Shown in pieces: positions 43,380-52,394 of a DNA stretch of 64,000 nt. Numbering within the stretch: position 1 is the stretch's first letter; each line of letters opens with the position of its first letter. Below the pieces are notes generated by a model that saw only the letters and a list, made by a program, of their open reading frames with translations, was not told the DNA's origin and made no database searches. The position numbers were made by a program, and so were the translations under genes. Where the stretch lies: NCBI GenBank assembly GCA_965237905.1, contig OZ250172.1, forward strand, positions 736,001 through 800,000, read 5' to 3'. Origin of the DNA: Nitrospinaceae bacterium. GTDB lineage: Bacteria > Nitrospinota > Nitrospinia > Nitrospinales > Nitrospinaceae.

Positions 43380-43748
43380 TTATTCTTTTTTGTTTTGCGA
43401 CCGGAATTTTTTCAAGGCCTTGATCAATTCCATCTGGGACACCCAGCCCTGTGACACCAGAATCTCCCCCAACAGGCGGTTGGTGTGCGTTTGCCGCTCC
43501 AGTAACGCCTCCACCTGTTCCTGACTCAGGTACTCCATCTCAACGGCCAGTTTTCCGAAGTTTTTAGATTTTTCTTCCGGTTTCCTCTGACGGGACAGAA
43601 TCCGAAACAACTGCTTGTTGTCGATCAATCCTTTTTGCAGAGCCAACTGTCCCAGCGGCACCCGGTCGGTTTTCTGGATTTCCAGTGCACGGGCCAGGTC
43701 CTTTTCCTGAATGATACTCTGCGCTACAAGATATTCTCCAAAAATCAC
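43380..43748 (-). CDS. Stand-alone protein of four MshEN/GSPII_N-like motifs
   Basis: FGEYLV...LARALEIQ; LGQLALQKGLI...ILSRQ; FGKLAV...LLERQ; LGEILVSQGWV...LIKAL. Confidence 0.8.
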   Translation of the reverse strand: MIFGEYLVAQSIIQEKDLARALEIQKTDRVPLGQLALQKGLIDNKQLFRILSRQRKPEEKSKNFGKLAVEMEYLSQEQVEALLERQTHTNRLLGEILVSQGWVSQMELIKALKKFRSQNKKE

Positions 43749-43763
43749 AGACAGAAGTCCTTT

Positions 43764-45995
43764 CTACTTGGTCCGCATGGCAAAAACACCGTCCCAATCC
43801 GGGGGCGGCGGATGATACTGAAACGTGATACACCGTTCGAAATAAGTCAGCGACGGGCCGTCGTCTTCGTACAGATTCAACGCGTTTTCAAAACAGGTGA
43901 TGCCCTCCTCCCACCGCTGGTTTTTATAATGGTCCAGACCCTCCTGGAAATGAGGAAGAATGAGGCGGATGTGGTCTTCCATCTCCCCCTTACGCCCGAG
44001 CAGTTCGTAAATCTTGATAGGCTCTTTTTTACCGACCACACGGATGGAGTCCAACTCGCGCGCTTCGATATCGTTCTTCGCCAACTCGTAGGTGAATTCG
44101 CTGAGCATGGTGTACGTCTGGTATTGCTTGTTAGCGCCCTCGAGCCGTGCCGCCACGTTCACCGGATCGCCTATCATGGTGTAATCGAACCGGTTCTCGG
44201 AACCCATGTTGCCCACCGTCACCTGCCCGGTATTGATACCGATGCGCATGAATAATTCATGCCGGCCCTTTCTTTTCCAGATGTTCCGCAACTCAGCCAG
44301 CCGTTTCTGCATATCCAGCGCGGCGTAGCAGGTTCGGGTGGCATGATCTTTAAAATCGATGGGCGCGCCGAAAAACGCAATGATGGCGTCGCCTTCGAAC
44401 TTGTCAACCGTCCCTTCGTATTGCATGACAATGTCGGTCATCTCCGTTAAATACTCATTCAATAAAATCACCAGTTCGCTCGCGGTCAACTGTTCTGAAA
44501 TCGAGGAGAAATTCGCCGCGTCCGAGAAAAAAGCCGTCAATACTTTGTCTTCTCCTCCCAGGTTCAAGAGCTTGGGATTTTCCACCAACTGATCCACCAC
44601 CGCCGGAGCCAGGTACTGGCTGAATGCGCTTTTGATAAACCGTTTTTCCCGTTCTTCAAATGTGAAGCGGTATAACGTAATTCCAAAATAAACCAGGAAT
44701 TGGGAAAACAAGGGGGATACCGTATGAACCCACAATCCCTGCCGGGTAAATAATATATAATCGCAGACTAGGTATCCCCCCACTCCCACCACCAGCAAGA
44801 TGGCGGTGCCAACGGCTTTGAAATAAAGGGCGACCAAACCCAACAAAATACCGGTCACCAGAATCATCGTCATATCCAGAACGGGGACCCAGGATGGGCG
44901 CTTGAGAAAATCCTGTTGAAGGATGTTTTCAATCATATTGGCGTGTACCTCCACCCCAGGATAAAGAGGACCATAAGGGGTGGTATGCAAGTCATGCAGG
45001 GCGGGGGCGGTACCGCCGACCAGGACAATTTTATCTTTCAACTGGATCGACCCCACAGTGCCATCGATGACGTCGGATGCGGACAAATAGCTAAACGTCT
45101 GTTTTGGTCCGTAATAATTCACCAGAAAATTCCCTTCCTCCGTAACGGGAATCGGGGAATCCCCCAACCGTATTTCCCCCACGCGGTGAGGAAAAATACG
45201 AACGACGGCACTCAGCTTGGTGGCTTCCCGCAACAATTGCAGACTGAATGGCGGAAATACCGCCTCCTTATGCATGCGCACCATGGGCATAAAGCGAATA
45301 ACCCCGTCGCGCCCCGGCCAAAACGACACGTAACCCGTGCTGTTGGCGGCATCCATCAACGAAGGCAGACTGAGGCCTACCGCATAAATGGGTCGCAGAA
45401 AATCGGGGGTAATCAATTGGTCGCTGAACTGCACCATTGAGTACTGGGAAAAATCCAGCAGTTCGAACTCCTTGGGTCCCATCATCGCCGCAGAATCTTC
45501 AGCCGCCTGCTCTGCTGTGGCGTACACAAAATAACCCAGTACCGTCCGCTCCGACCGGCGGATCGCATCGGCAAACCTGGAATCTGAATCACTTATTTCT
45601 TCCAGCAAATTCACCAGTTTCTTCCGGCTCATGCCAGACACGACTTTCTTCGCAATTTCATTTTTAACTTTATCGAGAGGAATGTAGGCTTCCTTTTCGG
45701 GGAAAAAAAAGTCGAAACCGATCACCGCCGCACCGGATTCAGTCAACTTGTCCACCAGCGTCGCCAGTCGGGTACGCGGCCAGGGCCAGCGTCCTTCCCG
45801 TTTCAAGCTGTGCTCATCAATGGCGACGATCACCACCTGGCCGGAAACCGGCCGCGTGCCCCGCAGGGACATTTTAAAATCGTAAGCCTTGGATTCCAGT
45901 AGCTCAAAAAGGGGAAGATTGAGGGAATAAATGAAAAGGGAAAACAGGGTGATCAACACAGAGACTGTAAAGGCGTTCAGCCAGCGAATTTTCAT
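43764..45995 (-). CDS. CHASE2-domain class III adenylate cyclase
   Basis: IVAIDE..GRWPWPR, PGVEVHAN, 3 TM; FSDAANF, DKFEGDA, RIGINTG, YTMIGDPVNVAARLE; TPR-like tail. Confidence 0.95.
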   Translation of the reverse strand: MKIRWLNAFTVSVLITLFSLFIYSLNLPLFELLESKAYDFKMSLRGTRPVSGQVVIVAIDEHSLKREGRWPWPRTRLATLVDKLTESGAAVIGFDFFFPEKEAYIPLDKVKNEIAKKVVSGMSRKKLVNLLEEISDSDSRFADAIRRSERTVLGYFVYATAEQAAEDSAAMMGPKEFELLDFSQYSMVQFSDQLITPDFLRPIYAVGLSLPSLMDAANSTGYVSFWPGRDGVIRFMPMVRMHKEAVFPPFSLQLLREATKLSAVVRIFPHRVGEIRLGDSPIPVTEEGNFLVNYYGPKQTFSYLSASDVIDGTVGSIQLKDKIVLVGGTAPALHDLHTTPYGPLYPGVEVHANMIENILQQDFLKRPSWVPVLDMTMILVTGILLGLVALYFKAVGTAILLVVGVGGYLVCDYILFTRQGLWVHTVSPLFSQFLVYFGITLYRFTFEEREKRFIKSAFSQYLAPAVVDQLVENPKLLNLGGEDKVLTAFFSDAANFSSISEQLTASELVILLNEYLTEMTDIVMQYEGTVDKFEGDAIIAFFGAPIDFKDHATRTCYAALDMQKRLAELRNIWKRKGRHELFMRIGINTGQVTVGNMGSENRFDYTMIGDPVNVAARLEGANKQYQTYTMLSEFTYELAKNDIEARELDSIRVVGKKEPIKIYELLGRKGEMEDHIRLILPHFQEGLDHYKNQRWEEGITCFENALNLYEDDGPSLTYFERCITFQYHPPPPDWDGVFAMRTK

Positions 45996-46080
45996 GGGAG
46001 AATTTTAACACAAGGGGAATTGACAAGGAAAAAGTCAGGTGAAGAAAAACCACCGGTCAAGCGGATTCGATTGCCCTGAA

Positions 46081-47676
46081 TCAACAGCCGCCTGAACCAC
46101 CGTTCTGGAAAAAATCGGTGAGAAAGGAGCTCAAGGACCCCTGCTGGACGGAATTGGTGTCGATGGAAGGCAAAGGCTGGGACCTGCCGCCTCCGCCGGT
46201 TCCGTTACCATTCAGTATCAAATCACGGGTTTCACCGAACGACGACTCATCGGCATTGATATTGACTGCACTTATATCGATATCGCGTGCTGAAACGATG
46301 GCCACGTCGGGAGCCACGTTGAAATCGCCTTTGCCATTCCCTTCGCTGTCTGCCACCGCAATAAAATCGGTCTTGGTGGTGGTGACGTCGGCATTCACGT
46401 TGATATCGTTGACAGCCAATAACTTCAAAGTCGGGAAGGCAGAAGCCATTTCTACAAAATTAATGTTCGCGCCGGACTCTAAGATCACAGAGTCTGTAAT
46501 GCCGTCTGTATCGTTCTCGGTTATGCCTTTTACGTTGATGTCGCCGTCCGTTTTCAGTATCAGATTCTCTGCGACGATATGGCGAATATCGTTGCTACCC
46601 ACACTTCCATGGGGATTATTGCCGGACTCGATATTCAGATCGCCACCGTCCGCGAGAGTGAAGAGGACGTCGCCGGTGCCGCTGTTCAGATAGCCCTTCA
46701 GGTCCAGATGATTGGCTACGATATCGATGTCCCCATTGTTGGTCGACAGGGAATTGTTTGCTGATACTGCCACCGCCTCCGCTGTGATAAAGACCTCGGA
46801 GGCATCCAGCGTTCCGGAAACCTCAACATTGCCGCCTCCGCCGGACAAAATGATCTTGCCGTCTTTCTGCTTGACTGTTTGGGCTTCGATGATTCCGGAA
46901 TGATTGATTACGTTGCTGATCACGTCGCCGGCAGATCTCGCTGTCAGTAAAACCTGTCCACCGTTGGCGCGAATGAGTCCGGAATTGTTGATTTGATCAT
47001 AGAGCACATTGCCCTTTGCGTCGGCCACCACGAAACTGATCAGGCTGTCGCCATTGAAATCCAGGGTCGCCGCCGTGCCGGAGGCCAGGACCACGGATCC
47101 CAGGTCCGCCACGATAATGGAACCGTTATTTTCCACCGCCGGAGCGGCCAGGCCGACATAACGGGCGGCATTTATGGTTCCGTTATTGATGACAGCGACC
47201 AGGCGGTTCGGGTCTTGTGAAAACTGATAATTGCCTTTCAGAAAATCGTCGTTGGAGATGTTAAGCGTGGTCGCCAGCAGGCCATGGACATCCACCTTGG
47301 CGTTCTGTCCGAATACCACTCCGGAGGGATTGCTCAGAAACACCTGACCGTTGGCAGAAAGTTTGCCGAGAATGATGCTGGGGTCCACGCCGATCACCCG
47401 ATTGAGCGCCACCGAGTTGATGTCGGGTTGCTTGAACGTGACCGATTCCTTCGAACCGATGCTGAATCCCTGCCAGTTGGTGATCAACTGTTGGGTATTC
47501 TGCTGAATCACCATATCCTGCTTTGAGGGTTGTTCGATACTGCCGGTTCCGGAGACAATCTCCCCGCCATTGGGCAGGGCATTCACCCATCCGGGTGTTA
47601 CCGCCCACAGGCCCACCAAAAGGCTGATGGCCAGCCGGTTCAATCTGCGGGTTTGTTTCGGTTCCAATTTGCGCAT
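46081..47676 (-). CDS. TpsA exoprotein (filamentous haemagglutinin N-terminal domain), short
   Basis: Signal peptide, LPNGGEIVSG, NWQGFSIG, LNRV, NGQVFLSNPSGVVFG; beta-helix-like repeats. Confidence 0.92.
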   Translation of the reverse strand: MRKLEPKQTRRLNRLAISLLVGLWAVTPGWVNALPNGGEIVSGTGSIEQPSKQDMVIQQNTQQLITNWQGFSIGSKESVTFKQPDINSVALNRVIGVDPSIILGKLSANGQVFLSNPSGVVFGQNAKVDVHGLLATTLNISNDDFLKGNYQFSQDPNRLVAVINNGTINAARYVGLAAPAVENNGSIIVADLGSVVLASGTAATLDFNGDSLISFVVADAKGNVLYDQINNSGLIRANGGQVLLTARSAGDVISNVINHSGIIEAQTVKQKDGKIILSGGGGNVEVSGTLDASEVFITAEAVAVSANNSLSTNNGDIDIVANHLDLKGYLNSGTGDVLFTLADGGDLNIESGNNPHGSVGSNDIRHIVAENLILKTDGDINVKGITENDTDGITDSVILESGANINFVEMASAFPTLKLLAVNDINVNADVTTTKTDFIAVADSEGNGKGDFNVAPDVAIVSARDIDISAVNINADESSFGETRDLILNGNGTGGGGRSQPLPSIDTNSVQQGSLSSFLTDFFQNGGSGGC

Positions 47677-47701
47677 GATGCACTATCCTCTGGATCCTGC
47701 C

Positions 47702-48505
47702 TCAGCCTGAGCACGAATCCGATTCATCTTCCTCGAATAAATCATATTCTTCCTTTAAGGCATCCGTCACAATGGAGCCTTGCCGGGGTTTTTCACGGTA
47801 ACGCGAACCCACCGCACCCATGACCACCTGCTGGATCAGGCTCTGCTCGGAACCCGTCAAAGCTTCCGGTTGCGTCGGCGGTTTGCCTTCTTCAACGACC
47901 GTTTTCATCATCTGCCCGACCATCACGTCCCCAATAACGGTGGGGTCGGCATTGAGAACCCGGATAGCGCCCGCTTGATTGGCAACCAGCGTTTTGAGTT
48001 GCGAAACGCTTAAATACCCCTGGGTACCGCGCGCCGCCACATTGGCGGTGGGGGAAAGGATTTTGAAATGGGATTTGGGATGCTTCTGTTCCTTATTGAC
48101 AATATACATGGAAATGCCGTGGCCGATGCTGATCACACCCTGACGAAGCTTCTCCTTGGCATCAAACAGATAGGACGAAATCTTCATCCGGGAGTTGGGG
48201 CCGAGGGCCATCAGGCTGGAATCTTCAAACAAAATACGCAGGCGGCTCTTGCGGCCGGTCCGAAACTCATCGCTGGCATACACCATCTGCTTGGGTTGCA
48301 ACTTCTGCCAGGGGGTCAATGACACTGGAACCACCTGGCCGGGTTGGGCATTGGCTACCGATTCCTCACCACCCGGCAGATATTCCGCGCTTCCAATAAT
48401 GGCGATAATCTTGCCCACCGGTTTTTTCTCCGCCCAGGCATTCGCCGGAAGAATCAAAATCACCACCGCCAGCAAGGCCAATCCTTTTCCTAAAAGCTTG
48501 ATCAT
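47702..48505 (-). CDS. Secreted FecR-domain protein
   Basis: Signal peptide AWA/E; D.FRTG..S...LFEDSSLMALGPNS; SPTANVAARGT. Confidence 0.85.
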   Translation of the reverse strand: MIKLLGKGLALLAVVILILPANAWAEKKPVGKIIAIIGSAEYLPGGEESVANAQPGQVVPVSLTPWQKLQPKQMVYASDEFRTGRKSRLRILFEDSSLMALGPNSRMKISSYLFDAKEKLRQGVISIGHGISMYIVNKEQKHPKSHFKILSPTANVAARGTQGYLSVSQLKTLVANQAGAIRVLNADPTVIGDVMVGQMMKTVVEEGKPPTQPEALTGSEQSLIQQVVMGAVGSRYREKPRQGSIVTDALKEEYDLFEEDESDSCSG

Positions 48506-48726
48506 CCCTTTACTCCTGCAAATTTCAATATTCCTGCATTGATGGAAACATTATATGCGTAAATGTAAATAAATGGAGGAGAAATATAGGAAATCCACAA
48601 AAATACCCCAAAAGGGGTTGTTTTTTATGTCTTTAGAACAATAAAAACTTTAGTCTTTTTTAGATATTTCGGGCAAATCCAGGAAAAGCTTGAACTCAAA
48701 TTTACAAAGAGAGTCTGAAATCAGGG

Positions 48727-50478
48727 CTAGAAGGAAATCATGCCATTGAGATAGAGCGTGTTAGAGGATCCATCCGAGGGCTCTGGACCCCCAAATGCGG
48801 GGAATCCGTAGGCGAGGGAAAAGCTGACGGCAGGGTAGTTTTCCCCCAAGGGAGGTATATTCAATCGCACTCCAAGGCCCACACCATTTAACTCCCGGTC
48901 ACTCTCACCGGCTTGCCGGTTTTTGATAAACACCTGGCCGTGGTCCAGAAAAGCAAAAAAGGATAGCACCTGGTCCAGTTGTATTGTCCGGGGATTCTTG
49001 AGCACTGTCACTTTGAAGGGAAAGGGAATCACCAACTCCGTGGATATGTAATACCCGTTGTCCCCTGCCGCTTCCGCCAGCGGGTATCCCCGCACCGATC
49101 CGAACCCACCGATCGCGAACTGATCCGGAGAAAGCACCCTTTTGGAAGCGACTTGGCCTTTAGCCTTCACCGTCAAATAGGTTTTCCCAATGAAAGCGGA
49201 CTGGTATCGTGTGACATCGAAACTGGAAAGCAAGGCATCGCCGCGCCCCTGAAACCGTGAATTCAGCGGATCGGAAACGTCACGTTCGCTGAAGCCCTGT
49301 TGCAGGCGCAGGGTATAAAACGTGCGAGCGCGTAGCGGGTCCTTGAAGAAACCCCCAACCGCAAAATAGACATCGCGCAATTTGTCGTCACTGGAGGAGG
49401 ATCCTGCAAGATCGTTTTCAAAGTTGCGAATCTCCCCACCCAGGCTCAAATAAAATTCAGAGCTACGAGTCCGGATCAGGGAATGACTTATATCCATGGT
49501 GAATATGTTGGCCTTACCGCCGGCGTTCAACACCGCCAGATCACCGCCCAAATTGAATTCGGTAAAAATGTACGACAGAGTGGCGGTAGTGCCATAGGGA
49601 CCAATGGGGATCGAATAGGAGGGATTGATGAAATCCTGATCCTCGTTGGACTTGACCCCGCGTATGGACAAGCGGTCACCCAACAATAACAGGCTTCCGG
49701 CTTCTGCCGTCAAACCGTACCGTTGCTCTCCGGTAAACCGGGAACCGAAATTGTCCGCGTCGAAAGCAATGCGGTAAGGTCGGGATTCCTCCGTCTGTAA
49801 CGTCAAGTCCGATGTGCCGAACACCTCCCCCGGTTTCAGGACGGCTTTTACATTCAATCCCTGTATGGCGTTCAATCCCAGAAGATATTTTTCCAGGGTG
49901 CTTTCCTTGAGAGCCGGGTCATCCTGCAGCGGTTTCAACCGTGCCAGGATTTCCTCCCGCTTGAATTTCTCGTTCCCCTCCACTTCAATTTTACCCAACT
50001 TGCCCTCAACCACTTGAATGGTTACGGTCCCGTTATCAATTTCCTGCTCCGGAACATAGACGCGGGTTAAGATATATCCCTTCGTGGTGTACTCAAGATT
50101 GATTTCCTGTGCGATGAGGTGGAGGATGCCGAGAGTCACTTCCAACCCGTCGCCCACCTCCAGAATAGGCGCCAGAGTGGCGTCATCGATCAACGTGTTG
50201 CCAGTCACTTCGATCTTTTTGACGATGAATTTAGGACCCGCCCCCGGGTCGACCACGGTACGGCTGTCCTTGATGGAAAGAGGCGGGAGTTCTTCTTCGG
50301 GAGGTTGGAGCTGGGGCTGGGACTGCTCCAGCGCTTTTTGGCCCACGCCGGATTCTCCCGCAGGGGGTACCGAAACCTGAGCCTGCAGGAGCGAAGGAAA
50401 CACCACCGCACTCCCAAAAGAACTAAGAGCAATGAATAGCAGACAGAGTTTGAGCGTGGTCCTGTTCGATTGGATTAT
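48727..50478 (-). CDS. TpsB outer-membrane transporter (ShlB/FhaC/HecB)
   Basis: POTRA motifs (IEVTGNT, GYILTRV, VVEG), DNFGSRFTG, GGFGSVRGY, terminal Phe; start uncertain (see findings). Confidence 0.93.
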   Translation of the reverse strand: MIQSNRTTLKLCLLFIALSSFGSAVVFPSLLQAQVSVPPAGESGVGQKALEQSQPQLQPPEEELPPLSIKDSRTVVDPGAGPKFIVKKIEVTGNTLIDDATLAPILEVGDGLEVTLGILHLIAQEINLEYTTKGYILTRVYVPEQEIDNGTVTIQVVEGKLGKIEVEGNEKFKREEILARLKPLQDDPALKESTLEKYLLGLNAIQGLNVKAVLKPGEVFGTSDLTLQTEESRPYRIAFDADNFGSRFTGEQRYGLTAEAGSLLLLGDRLSIRGVKSNEDQDFINPSYSIPIGPYGTTATLSYIFTEFNLGGDLAVLNAGGKANIFTMDISHSLIRTRSSEFYLSLGGEIRNFENDLAGSSSSDDKLRDVYFAVGGFFKDPLRARTFYTLRLQQGFSERDVSDPLNSRFQGRGDALLSSFDVTRYQSAFIGKTYLTVKAKGQVASKRVLSPDQFAIGGFGSVRGYPLAEAAGDNGYYISTELVIPFPFKVTVLKNPRTIQLDQVLSFFAFLDHGQVFIKNRQAGESDRELNGVGLGVRLNIPPLGENYPAVSFSLAYGFPAFGGPEPSDGSSNTLYLNGMISF

Positions 50479-50699
50479 TCAACGTCCGGTCTAGTCGGCG
50501 CTTACATCGCCGGTTGGATCATCCGCCGAACCCTCCCCCAAACGTCATCACTTGTTCGGCAATTCCATATTAAGTGGATAAGTCATTATATATCATTTAG
50601 ATAGAGGAAGCCATCCGAGACTTGGTTTTTCCGGGGAAGAGGCCTTTGTTAAAGCCCACCTTATGCACCGGAAAGATAACCGGAATGGAGTGATTTCTC

Positions 50700-51794
50700 T
50701 TATTCGATAGGCGAGTTGTTGCTAACTTTACAGGTTCCGTTGGCCGCCCATTTTCCGGGGATGGGTTCCCGGCAATCGGGGCAGGACCCGTTTTCGAGGG
50801 CGTTGGCGAGAACCTGAAATCCGTAACGTTCGATCAGGGTTTTTCCGCATTGCGGACACATCGTGTTTTCGGTATCGCCCACATGGCCGGGGCGGTTGCC
50901 GGAATAAACGAATTTGAGACCCGCCTTCACTCCTATTGTTCGGGCACGCAGGAGGGTTGCCACCGGGGTGCTGTCCCGGTCGGTCATCTTGTAAAGCGGA
51001 TGAAAGCCGGTGACGTGCCACGGGATGTCCTCGGAAACGGAGGCGACAAACTCGGCCATCTGAGTCAATTCTTCATCGGAATCATTGTAATCGGGAATCA
51101 CCAGCGTTACGATCTCCGTCCAGAATCCCATGGCATACACCTGCCGAATGGTTTCCAGAACCTCTTCAAAGTTCCCGCCCAGCTTCAAATACTTTTTCCG
51201 GTCGAAACATTTGAGGTCGATCTTAAACAGATCCAGCCACGGTTGCACGTACTCCAGCACTTCCGGTGTACCGTGGCCGTTGGAGACATAACCGGTGACC
51301 AATCCTCTGCTCTTGGCTTCCTTGAACACCTCGACCGCCCATTCGGAGGTGATCAACGGTTCGTTATACGTGGAAACTACGGTTCGGGAACCCTGCTGTT
51401 CGGCGAGGTCGCATAGGCCTTGAGCAGTTATGGCGTCAAAATCAAGCGTGGCGGCATCATCGCGAAGCGTCTGGGAGGTGAACCAGTTCTGGCAGTAGGC
51501 GCAACGGAAATCGCACCCCAGCATGCCGAAACTCATTGCCTGGGTTCCGGGCAGGGCATGAAAAAACGGTTTCTTTTCGATGGGATCGTTGTGAATGCCG
51601 GCGGCGTAGTTGAAAGGAACCTTCAACACGCCATCCGAATCGCTGTACCGGACCTTGCAGACTCCCCGTTGGCCGGGGCGCAATTGGCAACGGTGCCCAC
51701 AGGCCGTACAAATCAGCGAACCTTTTTCAAGAGGAATGAACAGTTCGCCGGGGCGGGTGTTTTCATCCAGTAAAGTTTGAGTTGTGGGTGTCAT
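50700..51794 (-). CDS. amrS: AmmeMemoRadiSam system radical SAM enzyme
   Basis: CTACGHRC, DPIEKKPFFH, GCDFRCAYCQNW, TYNEP, PWHVTGFHP, CPQC, CPDC. Confidence 0.93.
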   Translation of the reverse strand: MTPTTQTLLDENTRPGELFIPLEKGSLICTACGHRCQLRPGQRGVCKVRYSDSDGVLKVPFNYAAGIHNDPIEKKPFFHALPGTQAMSFGMLGCDFRCAYCQNWFTSQTLRDDAATLDFDAITAQGLCDLAEQQGSRTVVSTYNEPLITSEWAVEVFKEAKSRGLVTGYVSNGHGTPEVLEYVQPWLDLFKIDLKCFDRKKYLKLGGNFEEVLETIRQVYAMGFWTEIVTLVIPDYNDSDEELTQMAEFVASVSEDIPWHVTGFHPLYKMTDRDSTPVATLLRARTIGVKAGLKFVYSGNRPGHVGDTENTMCPQCGKTLIERYGFQVLANALENGSCPDCREPIPGKWAANGTCKVSNNSPIE

Positions 51795-51853
51795 AACCCA
51801 GCTCCTTGCCCTTTCCTGACTCACCGAGAACGGCAACTGTTTTCAAACCGAAT

Positions 51854-52306
51854 TTATTCGGTTGTTATATCTTTGTTCTTTTCCAGGGCACCAATCATGG
51901 AATGCCAGGACAAGCTTGCACATTTGATCCGCGAGGGGAATTCCCGGATTCCTTTGAACAAAGCCAGCTTGCCCAGATGATGCTCCTGCTCGTCCGGGTC
52001 CATTTCTCCCAGAACCATTTTATGAAACTCTTCGAAGATCTCTTTGGATTCGCCGACTTTCTTGCCTTTCAGAAAACCGGTCATCAGCGACGAACTGGCT
52101 TTAGAAATCGCACAACCCGAACCCATAAAGCTGACCTCTTCAATCACATCATCGGCATTGATCTTCAAATACACCGTATAATCGTCGCCGCACAACGGAT
52201 TGAACCCGTGACAAAAATGCGTGGCTTCCGGCATTTCACGGAAGTTTCGCGGCTTCTTGTTGTGATCCAGGATCACCTGTTGGTACAGCTCGTTATCGTA
52301 TGACAT
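51854..52306 (-). CDS. sufU: SUF system NifU-family protein SufU
   Basis: LYQQVILDH, NPLCGD, GCAISKAS, RIKCA. Confidence 0.95.
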   Translation of the reverse strand: MSYDNELYQQVILDHNKKPRNFREMPEATHFCHGFNPLCGDDYTVYLKINADDVIEEVSFMGSGCAISKASSSLMTGFLKGKKVGESKEIFEEFHKMVLGEMDPDEQEHHLGKLALFKGIREFPSRIKCASLSWHSMIGALEKNKDITTE

Positions 52307-52394
52307 CCAAAAATTCTCTCTATAAATAATATAGTCCCGTGTTCGTCATTATAAAAGACAAAGGAGGGATATCCAACCTAATCGATACGGAGTG

